Below, piece by piece: positions 7,080 to 15,579 of a DNA stretch of 24,723 nucleotides. The stretch lies in assembly GCA_041586955.1 (NCBI GenBank), contig JBFGZE010000045.1, forward strand, positions 1-24,723. The letters run 5' to 3'. The stretch's first letter is position 1. Every line of letters starts with the position of its first letter. The notes under the pieces are model-generated. The model saw nothing but the letters and a program-made list of their open reading frames with translations, was not told the origin of the DNA and did not search any database. The translations under genes and the position numbers were made by a program. This stretch comes from Bacteriovoracaceae bacterium. Its GTDB lineage: Bacteria; Bdellovibrionota; Bacteriovoracia; Bacteriovoracales; Bacteriovoracaceae.

Positions 7080-9518
7080 TTAATTGAGCGGTCGCGGCCG
7101 GAAAATAAGACAAAGAGGAAAAAGGAAGGCAAGTCCCAAGAAAAAGTTAAGTCCTAAGATTTTTCCAATGGCCAATGAATCTATATTCCAAGTCATCTGT
7201 AATAATTCTGTCACCGCTAAATAACTTAGCCCTAGGGATAGAAAGAGGGCCGAGCCAATACTAATAATTCCAAGTAAATAATTTTGAAAAAACCATAATT
7301 GATTAAGTCTCTTTAATCCTAGTCCAATCATTAATAATAATTTTTCACCTTCGCGCCTGATAATCTTATCGAGAGCATAAATAAAAACAATAACTAAAAG
7401 TCCGGAGAATAATATCAATATTGAAAGAATCTCCACGGCATCCACAACCTTTAATAAAATATCTGTAATCCTCTTCACCAGACGCTGGATATCCACGTAA
7501 GAAATATTGGGAAGAACATTATTCATGGCGCGTAAAAAGGAGCTCGCTTTATTCTTATCGAGTGCCCGAATCACTCCTAAAAAAGTTTGAGGGGCATCCT
7601 CTAAAAGGCCTGGAGAGAAGACGATAAAAAAGCTTGGGGTAAAACTAGTCCAACGCACCTGGCGAAGGGAAGTCACTATGCCTTCTACCCGCACCCCTTG
7701 CACATCAAATTCCATCCTGTCACCAAGGCGCAATCCTAAACGTTGAGCGTAGCGCTTCTCTAAGCTGATTTCCGGGGTCTGTGGTTTTTGAGTAAACCAT
7801 TTTCCCTCGACAATGCTTTCATTTGTAGGCAGGGAATCCATAAAACTCAAATTGACTGGTCGATGACGAAACCGTTTCTCCGCTTCTTCCTCGACGGTTA
7901 AATCTTCACTCTCTTCTTCCCTATTTAATTCACTGCCATTAATTTTGACTAAACGGCCACGAACCATGGGCGTTAATTGCTCTAAATTAATCTTTTTCTC
8001 ATGCGCTAGTGCATAGAGCTCCTTCCTTTGCTCTTCTTGAATATCAAAAAGAAAATAGGCGGGTAATTTCTCTGGATTAAACCGAATCTCTTCTTGCATA
8101 TTGCGAAAGAGAATATAGTTGGTATTGAGAATAACAACGCCAAGGCCCAAGCATAAGGCAAAAGGAAAAGTCAGAGATTTATTGCGTCGTAAATAGTCAA
8201 TCCACCGTTCGGCCATAATTGGCCAAGATAAAAAAGAGGCCAATCGTAAAAACAAGGTCATCAAAAGATAGAGCACAAATGATGAGCCTAATAAGACGAT
8301 CGGAAAGATAATCGTCATTTTAATGGAATTAGTTTGCATAAAGGCAATCTGACCAGAGAGAGCTAATAAAAAGAGTGGTCCTATTATTTTAAAATAGGGG
8401 GTTTTTCTCTGATAGGCGAAGGCCATAAAAAAACCCGTTATAATAATAAGAGAAAAAGTCACCATTAAAGTAATGACGGCCCTAAGTTCAAGACCTTTCA
8501 ATAATTCGTTAACCAGACCTGAGCCCCAGTCAATTTGTTGAATGATGAAAAACAAGGCCATGATAGCTGTAAAACTAATCAACATTTGAAAAAATTGAAT
8601 TCCCAATAAAATCCTAATGCGAAAAATACGCTTAATCCCCATTAACTTTAACGATTGAAAATCATCTTCTAAATTATGGATCATTCGAAAGGAGCTATAT
8701 AAACTGGCAAGACTCGCCAAAAAAATGCCAAATAATCCCACTAAACCTAAAAGGGACAAGGTGGATTCAAGAAACCTGAATTGATCTTGCCCAGCTTGCG
8801 ACCCAGATTTTATTTTAATAGTTGGGTCATTAAATACCTTCTCAAGAATCGTCTTAAGCTTTTGACTATCCCTCTCATTATTTAACTTGATGGAGATAAC
8901 TTGGGATATCGTACTACCAAATTGGATGAGCCCCGTTTTTTCCAGAAGAGAAAAGGGCATATAAATACGGGGCGCAAGATTTACACCGCGCATACTTTGC
9001 CCCACATCTTCTTCAACCACCCCTTGAACCTTAAGTGATAATGAACCGATAGTCAGAGCATCACCGACACTCAGGTTAAGACTATCCATCAGCTCAGGAT
9101 AAACATAAATGCCGGCCAGATTCTCTAATTGCCGACCGCTTAAAAACTCACCATTGGCCAATTTAATTGTTCCATAAAGAGGAAAAAGCTCATCAACCCC
9201 TTTGATTTGCACTAATTTAGAAGCGTCCTTCCCTTGCACCATGGAATAAAAACTCATTTGCTGAGAATATTGATGAGAGTTAAAAAGACGAGTCATCCTT
9301 TTCAACTCAGATGCCTGTAAACGCCGGCGAGAAGAAATAATAATATCCCCCCCAGACAATTCCTTGGTCTTTAATTCAACCTGCGCTAATAAATTTGTGC
9401 GCATGGAGTTGATAATGAGAAACCCTAAACTTGAAATAATAAGGGTTAGAACGAATAAAAGGTTTATCGCTAAATTGTTCTTAAAATAGCGCCAAGAAAA
9501 ACGTAAGGCCAAACTCAT
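7080..9518 (-). CDS. ybbP: YbbP-type (FtsX/MacB family) ABC transporter permease
   Basis: 812 aa with two periplasmic domains. Motifs GGDI, IKGVDELFPLYG, P.YFLFDIQ, PMVRGRLVKING, R.V.W.SF.P.FFIVF. Start overlaps the ybbA stop. Confidence 0.88.
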   Translation of the reverse strand: MSLALRFSWRYFKNNLAINLLFVLTLIISSLGFLIINSMRTNLLAQVELKTKELSGGDIIISSRRRLQASELKRMTRLFNSHQYSQQMSFYSMVQGKDASKLVQIKGVDELFPLYGTIKLANGEFLSGRQLENLAGIYVYPELMDSLNLSVGDALTIGSLSLKVQGVVEEDVGQSMRGVNLAPRIYMPFSLLEKTGLIQFGSTISQVISIKLNNERDSQKLKTILEKVFNDPTIKIKSGSQAGQDQFRFLESTLSLLGLVGLFGIFLASLASLYSSFRMIHNLEDDFQSLKLMGIKRIFRIRILLGIQFFQMLISFTAIMALFFIIQQIDWGSGLVNELLKGLELRAVITLMVTFSLIIITGFFMAFAYQRKTPYFKIIGPLFLLALSGQIAFMQTNSIKMTIIFPIVLLGSSFVLYLLMTLFLRLASFLSWPIMAERWIDYLRRNKSLTFPFALCLGLGVVILNTNYILFRNMQEEIRFNPEKLPAYFLFDIQEEQRKELYALAHEKKINLEQLTPMVRGRLVKINGSELNREEESEDLTVEEEAEKRFRHRPVNLSFMDSLPTNESIVEGKWFTQKPQTPEISLEKRYAQRLGLRLGDRMEFDVQGVRVEGIVTSLRQVRWTSFTPSFFIVFSPGLLEDAPQTFLGVIRALDKNKASSFLRAMNNVLPNISYVDIQRLVKRITDILLKVVDAVEILSILILFSGLLVIVFIYALDKIIRREGEKLLLMIGLGLKRLNQLWFFQNYLLGIISIGSALFLSLGLSYLAVTELLQMTWNIDSLAIGKILGLNFFLGLAFLFPLCLIFRPRPLN

Positions 9519-10174
9519 GCCAATAACTTCCCATCTTTAAGTTCTAAAATACGATCGCAACGCTCCGCTAATTCACGAGAATGGGTCACCATAATTAAAT
9601 TAGTGTCACTACTAGAAACCTCATTAAAAAATAAATTAATAATCTTTTCACCTGTGTGATTATCGAGATTTCCTGTGGGCTCATCAGCGAGAATAATCTT
9701 GGGTTGATTAATGAGAGCACGGGCAATCGCCACTCGTTGGCATTCACCCCCACTCAATTCGTGAGGAAAATGATTCCCTCGATCCTCAAGTCCGACTCTT
9801 TTTAAAAGCTCTTTCGAAGCACTCATTTCATTTTTGCCAGAGAGGTACTCCTTGGCAAAGGCGATATTTTCTAAGGCATTAAAATGAGGTAAGAGACGAA
9901 AATCTTGAAAGATAAATCCCAAATTATTAATACGAAAATCGGACCGTTTTCCCTCATTCAAATTATTGATGAGAGTGCCATTTATTATAACTTCCCCAGA
10001 ATCAGGTAATAATACACCCCCTAATATCGAGAGAAGAGTTGATTTTCCACTACCAGATGGGCCCAAGATGGCCACACTCTCACCTTTTATAAGGGAGAAA
10101 TCCAAATCTTTAAGAATAGAAATCGTTTTCCCTCCCTTAGTAAAGGATTTAGAAACCTTTTTTAACTCAATCAT
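9515..10174 (-). CDS. ybbA: ABC transporter ATP-binding protein, YbbA/LolD-like
   Basis: Walker A GPSGSGKST, signature LSGGECQR, Walker B ILADEPTG, H-loop VTH. Lies between tesA and ybbP. Confidence 0.9.
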   Translation of the reverse strand: MIELKKVSKSFTKGGKTISILKDLDFSLIKGESVAILGPSGSGKSTLLSILGGVLLPDSGEVIINGTLINNLNEGKRSDFRINNLGFIFQDFRLLPHFNALENIAFAKEYLSGKNEMSASKELLKRVGLEDRGNHFPHELSGGECQRVAIARALINQPKIILADEPTGNLDNHTGEKIINLFFNEVSSSDTNLIMVTHSRELAERCDRILELKDGKLLA

Positions 10175-10785
10175 TTCTTCTCCATTAAAGGCCGTACCAC
10201 TTCATAAACATTCTGGGCCAAAATCTCGTGTCCCTTAGGATTGGGGTGAATTTGATCCGGTAAATTTAAAGATTTCACTCCTGCCACACCTTTTAACAGG
10301 AAGGGAATTAAGGGTATTGAGAATTCTTTGGCCAAACGAGGAAATAAATTTTGAAATTCGCTCGTAAAGCCACGGCCATAATTAGGGGGCATCATCATGC
10401 CAGTTAAAATAACTTTTATTTTTTTACTCTTTAATAATTCGATCGCTTTTTTTAAATTCTTATAGCTCACTTCCGTCTTAATTCCACGTAGTCCATCATT
10501 AGCACCTAAAGCAATCATCACCCAATCTGGCCTTTTTTTAAGAAGCCAACGAATTCGACCGGGGGCCGAGGCGGTAGTAGAACCAGAAACACCAGCATTA
10601 ATAATATTGATATCAATGCCATCTTTTTTCAATAATTTCTGCAGAATTGAAGGAAAGGCCTTCGCCTGCTCGACACCATAACCTTCAGTCAAGGAGTCAC
10701 CCAAAACAACAAAATTAATCGGCCTTGCCTGTAAAGATATTTGTAGGAACCAAAGTCCTAGTAAATAGATTCCGTATTTTTTCAC
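10171..10785 (-). CDS. tesA: Periplasmic GDSL/SGNH arylesterase/thioesterase TesA
   Basis: GTG start with GGAGGT SD, signal peptide, and blocks GDSLT, NAGVSG, LGANDG, DQIHPN. Confidence 0.92.
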   Translation of the reverse strand: MKKYGIYLLGLWFLQISLQARPINFVVLGDSLTEGYGVEQAKAFPSILQKLLKKDGIDINIINAGVSGSTTASAPGRIRWLLKKRPDWVMIALGANDGLRGIKTEVSYKNLKKAIELLKSKKIKVILTGMMMPPNYGRGFTSEFQNLFPRLAKEFSIPLIPFLLKGVAGVKSLNLPDQIHPNPKGHEILAQNVYEVVRPLMEKK

Positions 10786-10840
10786 CGTCTACCTCCGCTA
10801 GGTATCAAGGATACCTTTGCTCTACGGCCAAGAAAAGGCT

Positions 10841-11497
10841 TTAAGGCCTTTTATGTTCAAAAGGTTTTTTGCGATTGGGGTATAGATCGGTGCAAATTGG
10901 GCAAGTAATACCAAAACAAGTTCTTGCCTTGCAGTATTCACGCCCATAAAAAATAATCTGTAAATGAAGTTTATTCCATTTATCTTTAGGGAAAATTTTT
11001 TTTAAGTCACTTTCCGTCTGTACAACATTTTTACCATTAGTTAGTCCCCATCTTTGGGCCAGACGATGAATATGGGTATCGACAGGAAAGGCGGGATGCC
11101 CAAAGGCCTGGGACATGACAACAGAAGCTGTTTTATGCCCAACACCTGGCATTTTTTCTAATTCCTCAAAAGATTCGGGAACTTCGCCATCATGGCACTC
11201 CAGGATCATCTCAGAAAGACGGTGAATGGCCTTAGACTTGCGCGGTGATAGGCCGCAGGGGCGAATGATCGCCTGAATCTCATCGACAGAAAGCCTGACC
11301 ATATCCTGCGGTTTATTCGCCTTCTTGAAAAGAAAGGGAGTCACCTGATTAACTCGTTCATCTGTGCATTGTGCCGATAAAAGCACTGCAATAAGTAATG
11401 TGTAGGCATCAGTATGATCGAGGGGGACTGGAGTTTCTGGGTATAGTTTTTGCAATTTCTTTAGGACAACATCGGCCCTGTCTTGTCTTGTACTCAT
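10841..11497 (-). CDS. nth: Endonuclease III (HhH-GPD glycosylase/AP lyase)
   Basis: LLSAQCTDERVN, HhH motif MPGVGHKTA, FPVDTHIHR, and a C-terminal four-Cys cluster. Confidence 0.95.
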   Translation of the reverse strand: MSTRQDRADVVLKKLQKLYPETPVPLDHTDAYTLLIAVLLSAQCTDERVNQVTPFLFKKANKPQDMVRLSVDEIQAIIRPCGLSPRKSKAIHRLSEMILECHDGEVPESFEELEKMPGVGHKTASVVMSQAFGHPAFPVDTHIHRLAQRWGLTNGKNVVQTESDLKKIFPKDKWNKLHLQIIFYGREYCKARTCFGITCPICTDLYPNRKKPFEHKRP

Positions 11498-11566
11498 AAA
11501 TCTATTTTTACCATGACGAAAACTACCGCGCTAGACAAAATTCGAGAGGCCAGAGACAATAAGGGA

Positions 11567-12976
11567 ATGAAATTGCTAATATTACTTCTATCCGTTCACT
11601 CTGCCGCTATTTTTTCCTACTCGACTCGGAAAGTACTTAATAACTTGGGTATTAATCGCCGTCATATCGGCTTTACCGTCATCGATATCGAAAAAAATAG
11701 AGTCGTTCTCAACCATAATGGCAAAAAATCTTTTCCGCCGGCCAGTGTCGCAAAAATGCTCACTGCAGATTTTGCCCTTAATACTTTGGGTGAAACATTT
11801 CAATTTAAAACTGAACTTCTTATCGATGGAAAAATAGACAAAGGTGTCCTTAAGGGTAATATCTATCTGCGGGGAGAGGGGGACCCTCTCTTGTCCATTC
11901 AAGATTTAGTGCCCTTGGTGATGGCACTCCAGGCAAAAGGTATCAACGAGGTAGAAGGTCATTTCTATGTCGTCTCTCATAATTTTCCTCAATTAAATAA
12001 AGTATCTGACCTTGGGACAGGTGACCAAAAATATAACCCCGGCCTTTCAGGCCTTAATATCCAATTTAACCGCTACCGACTTCTTAAAAATGAAGATGAT
12101 AAGCTTTTCACAATTCCTCAACTCCCCTTTTTAAATTTTTATTGGAGTGAGAAAAAATTCCGGCCAACGGAGCGATTTGTATGGGGTAAGAAAAATAATG
12201 TCTACCTCTCCAAAGAAAATAAATACTACTTCCCAACAACCATTCCGGTTAAAAACCCAATGACTTACACCGGTTATATCTTTAAAAAATTAGCGCAGGA
12301 TATGGGGGTTACTTTGCCTCGTCCCCAACATGAAATTAATTCAAAAGGAAAAATCATCGCCACTCATAAGGGCCAACAATTAATCGATACTGTTAAACTA
12401 ATGCTGGAGTATAGTAATAATCTCATTGCAGAATCTATTCTCGTAAAGGCGGCATTATCCTATTCGAAATCCCCAATTTTTGACCTAAAGGCCGCAGCGA
12501 CGACAATGATTCAATACCTTAAAAAAAATTATCCAAAGACACTATGGCAAAGTATTGCGCTTGCTAATGGCTCAGGCCTTTCCATAAAAAGTTTATTAGG
12601 GCCAGAAGATCTCGCTTATTTCCTCGCTGAAAATAAAGATAAAAAGTACCAAGAAGTCTATTACCCAGGATTACTTTCCCTCTCTGGAGTCAATGGCTGG
12701 ATTCGCCGTCGCTTTAAAAAACCTAGTATTGCTCAACGAATTTTTGCGAAAACCGGAAGCCTCGATTACGTAGCGGCATTAGCGGGTTATTTTTTCAAAA
12801 ATGGCCGTCAGTACTCTTTCTCCGTTTTTTACTGGGATCCCTCCAAGCGTAAGCAATCTAATTCTGTCTTTCACCCAGACCTTGTGAAGCTTAAAAAAGA
12901 GGCTCCGAAATGGAAGCGCGATGCCTTAGATCGTATGGATCTTTTAATTGAAAATTGGTTTAATAAAATCCTTTAA
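11567..12976 (+). CDS. dacB: D-Ala-D-Ala carboxypeptidase/endopeptidase, PBP4/DacB (peptidase S13)
   Basis: SxxK (PASVAK), GEGDP, SxN (SNN), NGSGLS, KTG. ATG 11567 gives a signal peptide (MKLLILLLSVHSAAIFS) and avoids overlap with nth. Confidence 0.9.
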   Translation: MKLLILLLSVHSAAIFSYSTRKVLNNLGINRRHIGFTVIDIEKNRVVLNHNGKKSFPPASVAKMLTADFALNTLGETFQFKTELLIDGKIDKGVLKGNIYLRGEGDPLLSIQDLVPLVMALQAKGINEVEGHFYVVSHNFPQLNKVSDLGTGDQKYNPGLSGLNIQFNRYRLLKNEDDKLFTIPQLPFLNFYWSEKKFRPTERFVWGKKNNVYLSKENKYYFPTTIPVKNPMTYTGYIFKKLAQDMGVTLPRPQHEINSKGKIIATHKGQQLIDTVKLMLEYSNNLIAESILVKAALSYSKSPIFDLKAAATTMIQYLKKNYPKTLWQSIALANGSGLSIKSLLGPEDLAYFLAENKDKKYQEVYYPGLLSLSGVNGWIRRRFKKPSIAQRIFAKTGSLDYVAALAGYFFKNGRQYSFSVFYWDPSKRKQSNSVFHPDLVKLKKEAPKWKRDALDRMDLLIENWFNKIL

Positions 12977-13254
12977 TCGTGAATAGAACCACAAATGTCT
13001 GGGCCATATTTCCGACAACGGCCATTTGAGTAGCGGCTCACACAATACTTGGCACAACTTGCCTGAAAGCCGCAAAAGTCCTGACTAAAAGTACTGCAAT
13101 GGCCATTACTATAGCGCGTTTTACATTTCGGGACACAGCGGAACTCGCCTAGGCAGGACTTGGCCTTAACTATAATAGGAGCTCTCTCTGGTTCCTCATT
13201 GGCCCATAGAAAGGGAGTAAGAGAAATCGCAAATAGGATGGTTAATAGCTTCAT
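12973..13254 (-). CDS. Small secreted cysteine-rich protein with two 27-aa repeats
   Basis: GAGGAG SD, signal peptide, 9 Cys. Repeats CLGEFRCVPKCKTRYSNGHCSTFSQDF and CGFQASCAKYCVSRYSNGRCRKYGPDI. Confidence 0.85.
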   Translation of the reverse strand: MKLLTILFAISLTPFLWANEEPERAPIIVKAKSCLGEFRCVPKCKTRYSNGHCSTFSQDFCGFQASCAKYCVSRYSNGRCRKYGPDICGSIHD

Positions 13255-13438
13255 AAGCTCCTCGAGAATTTAAAAAATTGTACGTTTGGATAAGAAAAAG
13301 CTAATCGATTAAAAGTTTCAAGTCTTAAACTGAACTTGTTTAGCCTTTTCTAGCATCACTTTAAATCGACCGCAAGAATTTTTTGGTGATAAAATCTCTC
13401 CTTGGTGCCTAGGATTGGCCATATTACTGTTAAGGAGT

Positions 13439-13460
13439 GGGCAAGATCTCAATCTTGCCC
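13439..13460. terminator. Perfect 9-bp hairpin downstream of cysS (terminator or 3' stabiliser)
   Basis: GGGCAAGAT-CTCA-ATCTTGCCC, 25 nt after the cysS stop. There is no clear U-tract, so terminator function is uncertain. Confidence 0.55.
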
Positions 13461-13485
13461 TAAGTAAAATAATATCATCAATTAA

Positions 13486-14946
13486 TTAAGATTTTTTAAC
13501 TGTCCAAGTCACACCATCAGCACCATCGAGAACTTCAATCCCCCAGGCCGTCAATTGATCACGATATTGATCAGACATTTCCCAATTTTTATCAACACGA
13601 GCCTGTTGCCTCTTTGCCACGAGATCATCAACATCTTCGCGTTTAAGTTCTTTTTCATTTAAAAGAATATCATCGAGTTCTATTAATAATTGTGTTGGCT
13701 CAAGCTCAAAGAGCGCCAACATTTTTCCGTATTTCCCGACCCACTCAAGAAAAGCTTGGGCCGTTATTGGGCCATTTGGATCTTTTTTATTTTTAACATA
13801 ATTAAGAGCATTGAAAGCGCGAACCACCTCAAAAATGGCGGCAATGACTTCTCCTGTATTAAGATCATCATTCATCGCCTTCGTAATTTTCTTATCTGAG
13901 CGCTCTAGAAGCTCCTTAAACTTTTTATCAAGACGTCCTGAGGCTAGATCGCGTCCCTTAACTTCTACCGCGATTTCGAGAGCATGATAAACTCTTGCTA
14001 AACCAGAAATACACATATGAATTTTATCATCGCTAATATTGAGTAATGTACGGTAATGGGCAGATAGCATTAGGTATTTCAAAATTTCAGGATGATATTT
14101 ATCCATAAAATTACGGGCGGTAATGACATTACCTAGAGACTTACTCATCTTTTCATCTTTCATTAGGATAAAGTTATTGTGCATCCAATAATTACAATAT
14201 TTCTTATCGCAACAACCTTCACCTTGAGCAATTTCATTTTCATGGTGAGGAAAAATCAAATCGATACCACCACCATGGATATCAATACTGTCACCCAAGA
14301 TGGAGCGAATCATCGCAGAACATTCAATATGCCAACCTGGACGACCTTTTCCCCATGGGGAATCCCAAGAGGGCTCCCCTTCTTTTGAAGGTTTCCACAA
14401 AACAAAATCAAAGGGGTTGCGCTTGCGTTGATCAACTTCGACTCGCTGGCCAGCTTCTAAGTCTTCAAGTCTTTTGCCACTCAATTGACCATATGCTGAA
14501 AATTGATCAATTTCATAAAAGACTTCCCCCTCAACGACATAGGCCTTTCCGTTGGCAATTAATTTTTCCACTGTTTCTACGATTTGCGGCATATAATCCG
14601 TTACTCGCGGGTTATGAGTATGAGGAGTAAGGCCCAGGTGATTAAAGTCTTTTTCAAACTCTGCAATAAACTCTTCGGTTACTTCACTTGAGTCTCTATT
14701 CTCTGCATTCGCGCGCTTGATAATTTTATCATCAACGTCGGTATAATTATAAACATAGGTCACTTTATAACCCGATAACTCCAGCCAATTGCGAAGGAGG
14801 TTAAAAAAGATAGCGCCACGGAAATTTCCAATATGAAGGAAGTCATAAACTGTTGGCCCACAAACATACATTTTCACTTCGCCCTCAACAAGGGGGATAA
14901 ATTTCTCTTTTTGTTTGCTTAAAGTATTGTAAATGACCAGGGACAT
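13486..14946 (-). CDS. cysS: Cysteinyl-tRNA synthetase
   Basis: MYVCGPTVYD, HIGN, DFVLWK, GRPGWHIECSAM, DIHGGGIDLIFPHHENE, KMSKS. Confidence 0.98.
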   Translation of the reverse strand: MSLVIYNTLSKQKEKFIPLVEGEVKMYVCGPTVYDFLHIGNFRGAIFFNLLRNWLELSGYKVTYVYNYTDVDDKIIKRANAENRDSSEVTEEFIAEFEKDFNHLGLTPHTHNPRVTDYMPQIVETVEKLIANGKAYVVEGEVFYEIDQFSAYGQLSGKRLEDLEAGQRVEVDQRKRNPFDFVLWKPSKEGEPSWDSPWGKGRPGWHIECSAMIRSILGDSIDIHGGGIDLIFPHHENEIAQGEGCCDKKYCNYWMHNNFILMKDEKMSKSLGNVITARNFMDKYHPEILKYLMLSAHYRTLLNISDDKIHMCISGLARVYHALEIAVEVKGRDLASGRLDKKFKELLERSDKKITKAMNDDLNTGEVIAAIFEVVRAFNALNYVKNKKDPNGPITAQAFLEWVGKYGKMLALFELEPTQLLIELDDILLNEKELKREDVDDLVAKRQQARVDKNWEMSDQYRDQLTAWGIEVLDGADGVTWTVKKS

Positions 14947-15075
14947 GGATTCTCCTTCATACTCGATCGTTATACCGCCATATTAATCGCCATGATTACG
15001 GCTTGCAACTCTAAATTAATACCCAAGAAAAGGTTATCACTTCCCCTCAAGCCCGGTTTTTTGTAGAATAACACC

Positions 15076-15579
15076 ATGGAATCACAAACTCTCCTCATAT
15101 TCTTTATGGCCCTTTCCCTACTTCTAGGTTCAGGTCTCATATTAATGGGTTTTTTCCTCTATAAATCCTCCAAAAAAACTGCTGGGTCAAAGAGTCAGGA
15201 GCATGACTCCATTTATTGCCATAAGCATAAAAATGAGCGAGCGCGCGGTGCTTGCGCGATATGTCAGCATTATTATTGTGAAAGCTGTCTCGTAGAGGAA
15301 GATCATCATAGCTTTTGCCCCGAACATCTTAAAACTTATCTTGCTCACCAATGGGTTGAGGTCAAATGCATCATTTCCAACCCTCATCAACCCGAAGATG
15401 GTGTTGAGCTTTTTGAGTTAAAAAATAGGGTTTGGAAGAAAAATCGTTTGCCCAGTATTATAAGCACCCAATATAAAATTATTTTTGAAGGCGATGAAAT
15501 CGAAACTCATATGAAATTAATGGTCCGCCGTCAGGATCAAGATAAGTTCACTGAACAAATACAAAAGGTACTGCAATGA
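15076..15579 (+). CDS. Membrane-anchored B-box-like zinc-finger protein
   Basis: N-terminal TM, then CHKH-x8-CAICQHYYCESC-x9-CPEH. The stop overlaps the pyrC start (ATGA). Confidence 0.75.
   Translation: MESQTLLIFFMALSLLLGSGLILMGFFLYKSSKKTAGSKSQEHDSIYCHKHKNERARGACAICQHYYCESCLVEEDHHSFCPEHLKTYLAHQWVEVKCIISNPHQPEDGVELFELKNRVWKKNRLPSIISTQYKIIFEGDEIETHMKLMVRRQDQDKFTEQIQKVLQ

Noticed and set aside
11483..11566. N-terminal extension of dacB from TTG 11483
   Set aside because: It overlaps the nth start and buries the signal peptide. ATG 11567 fits better.
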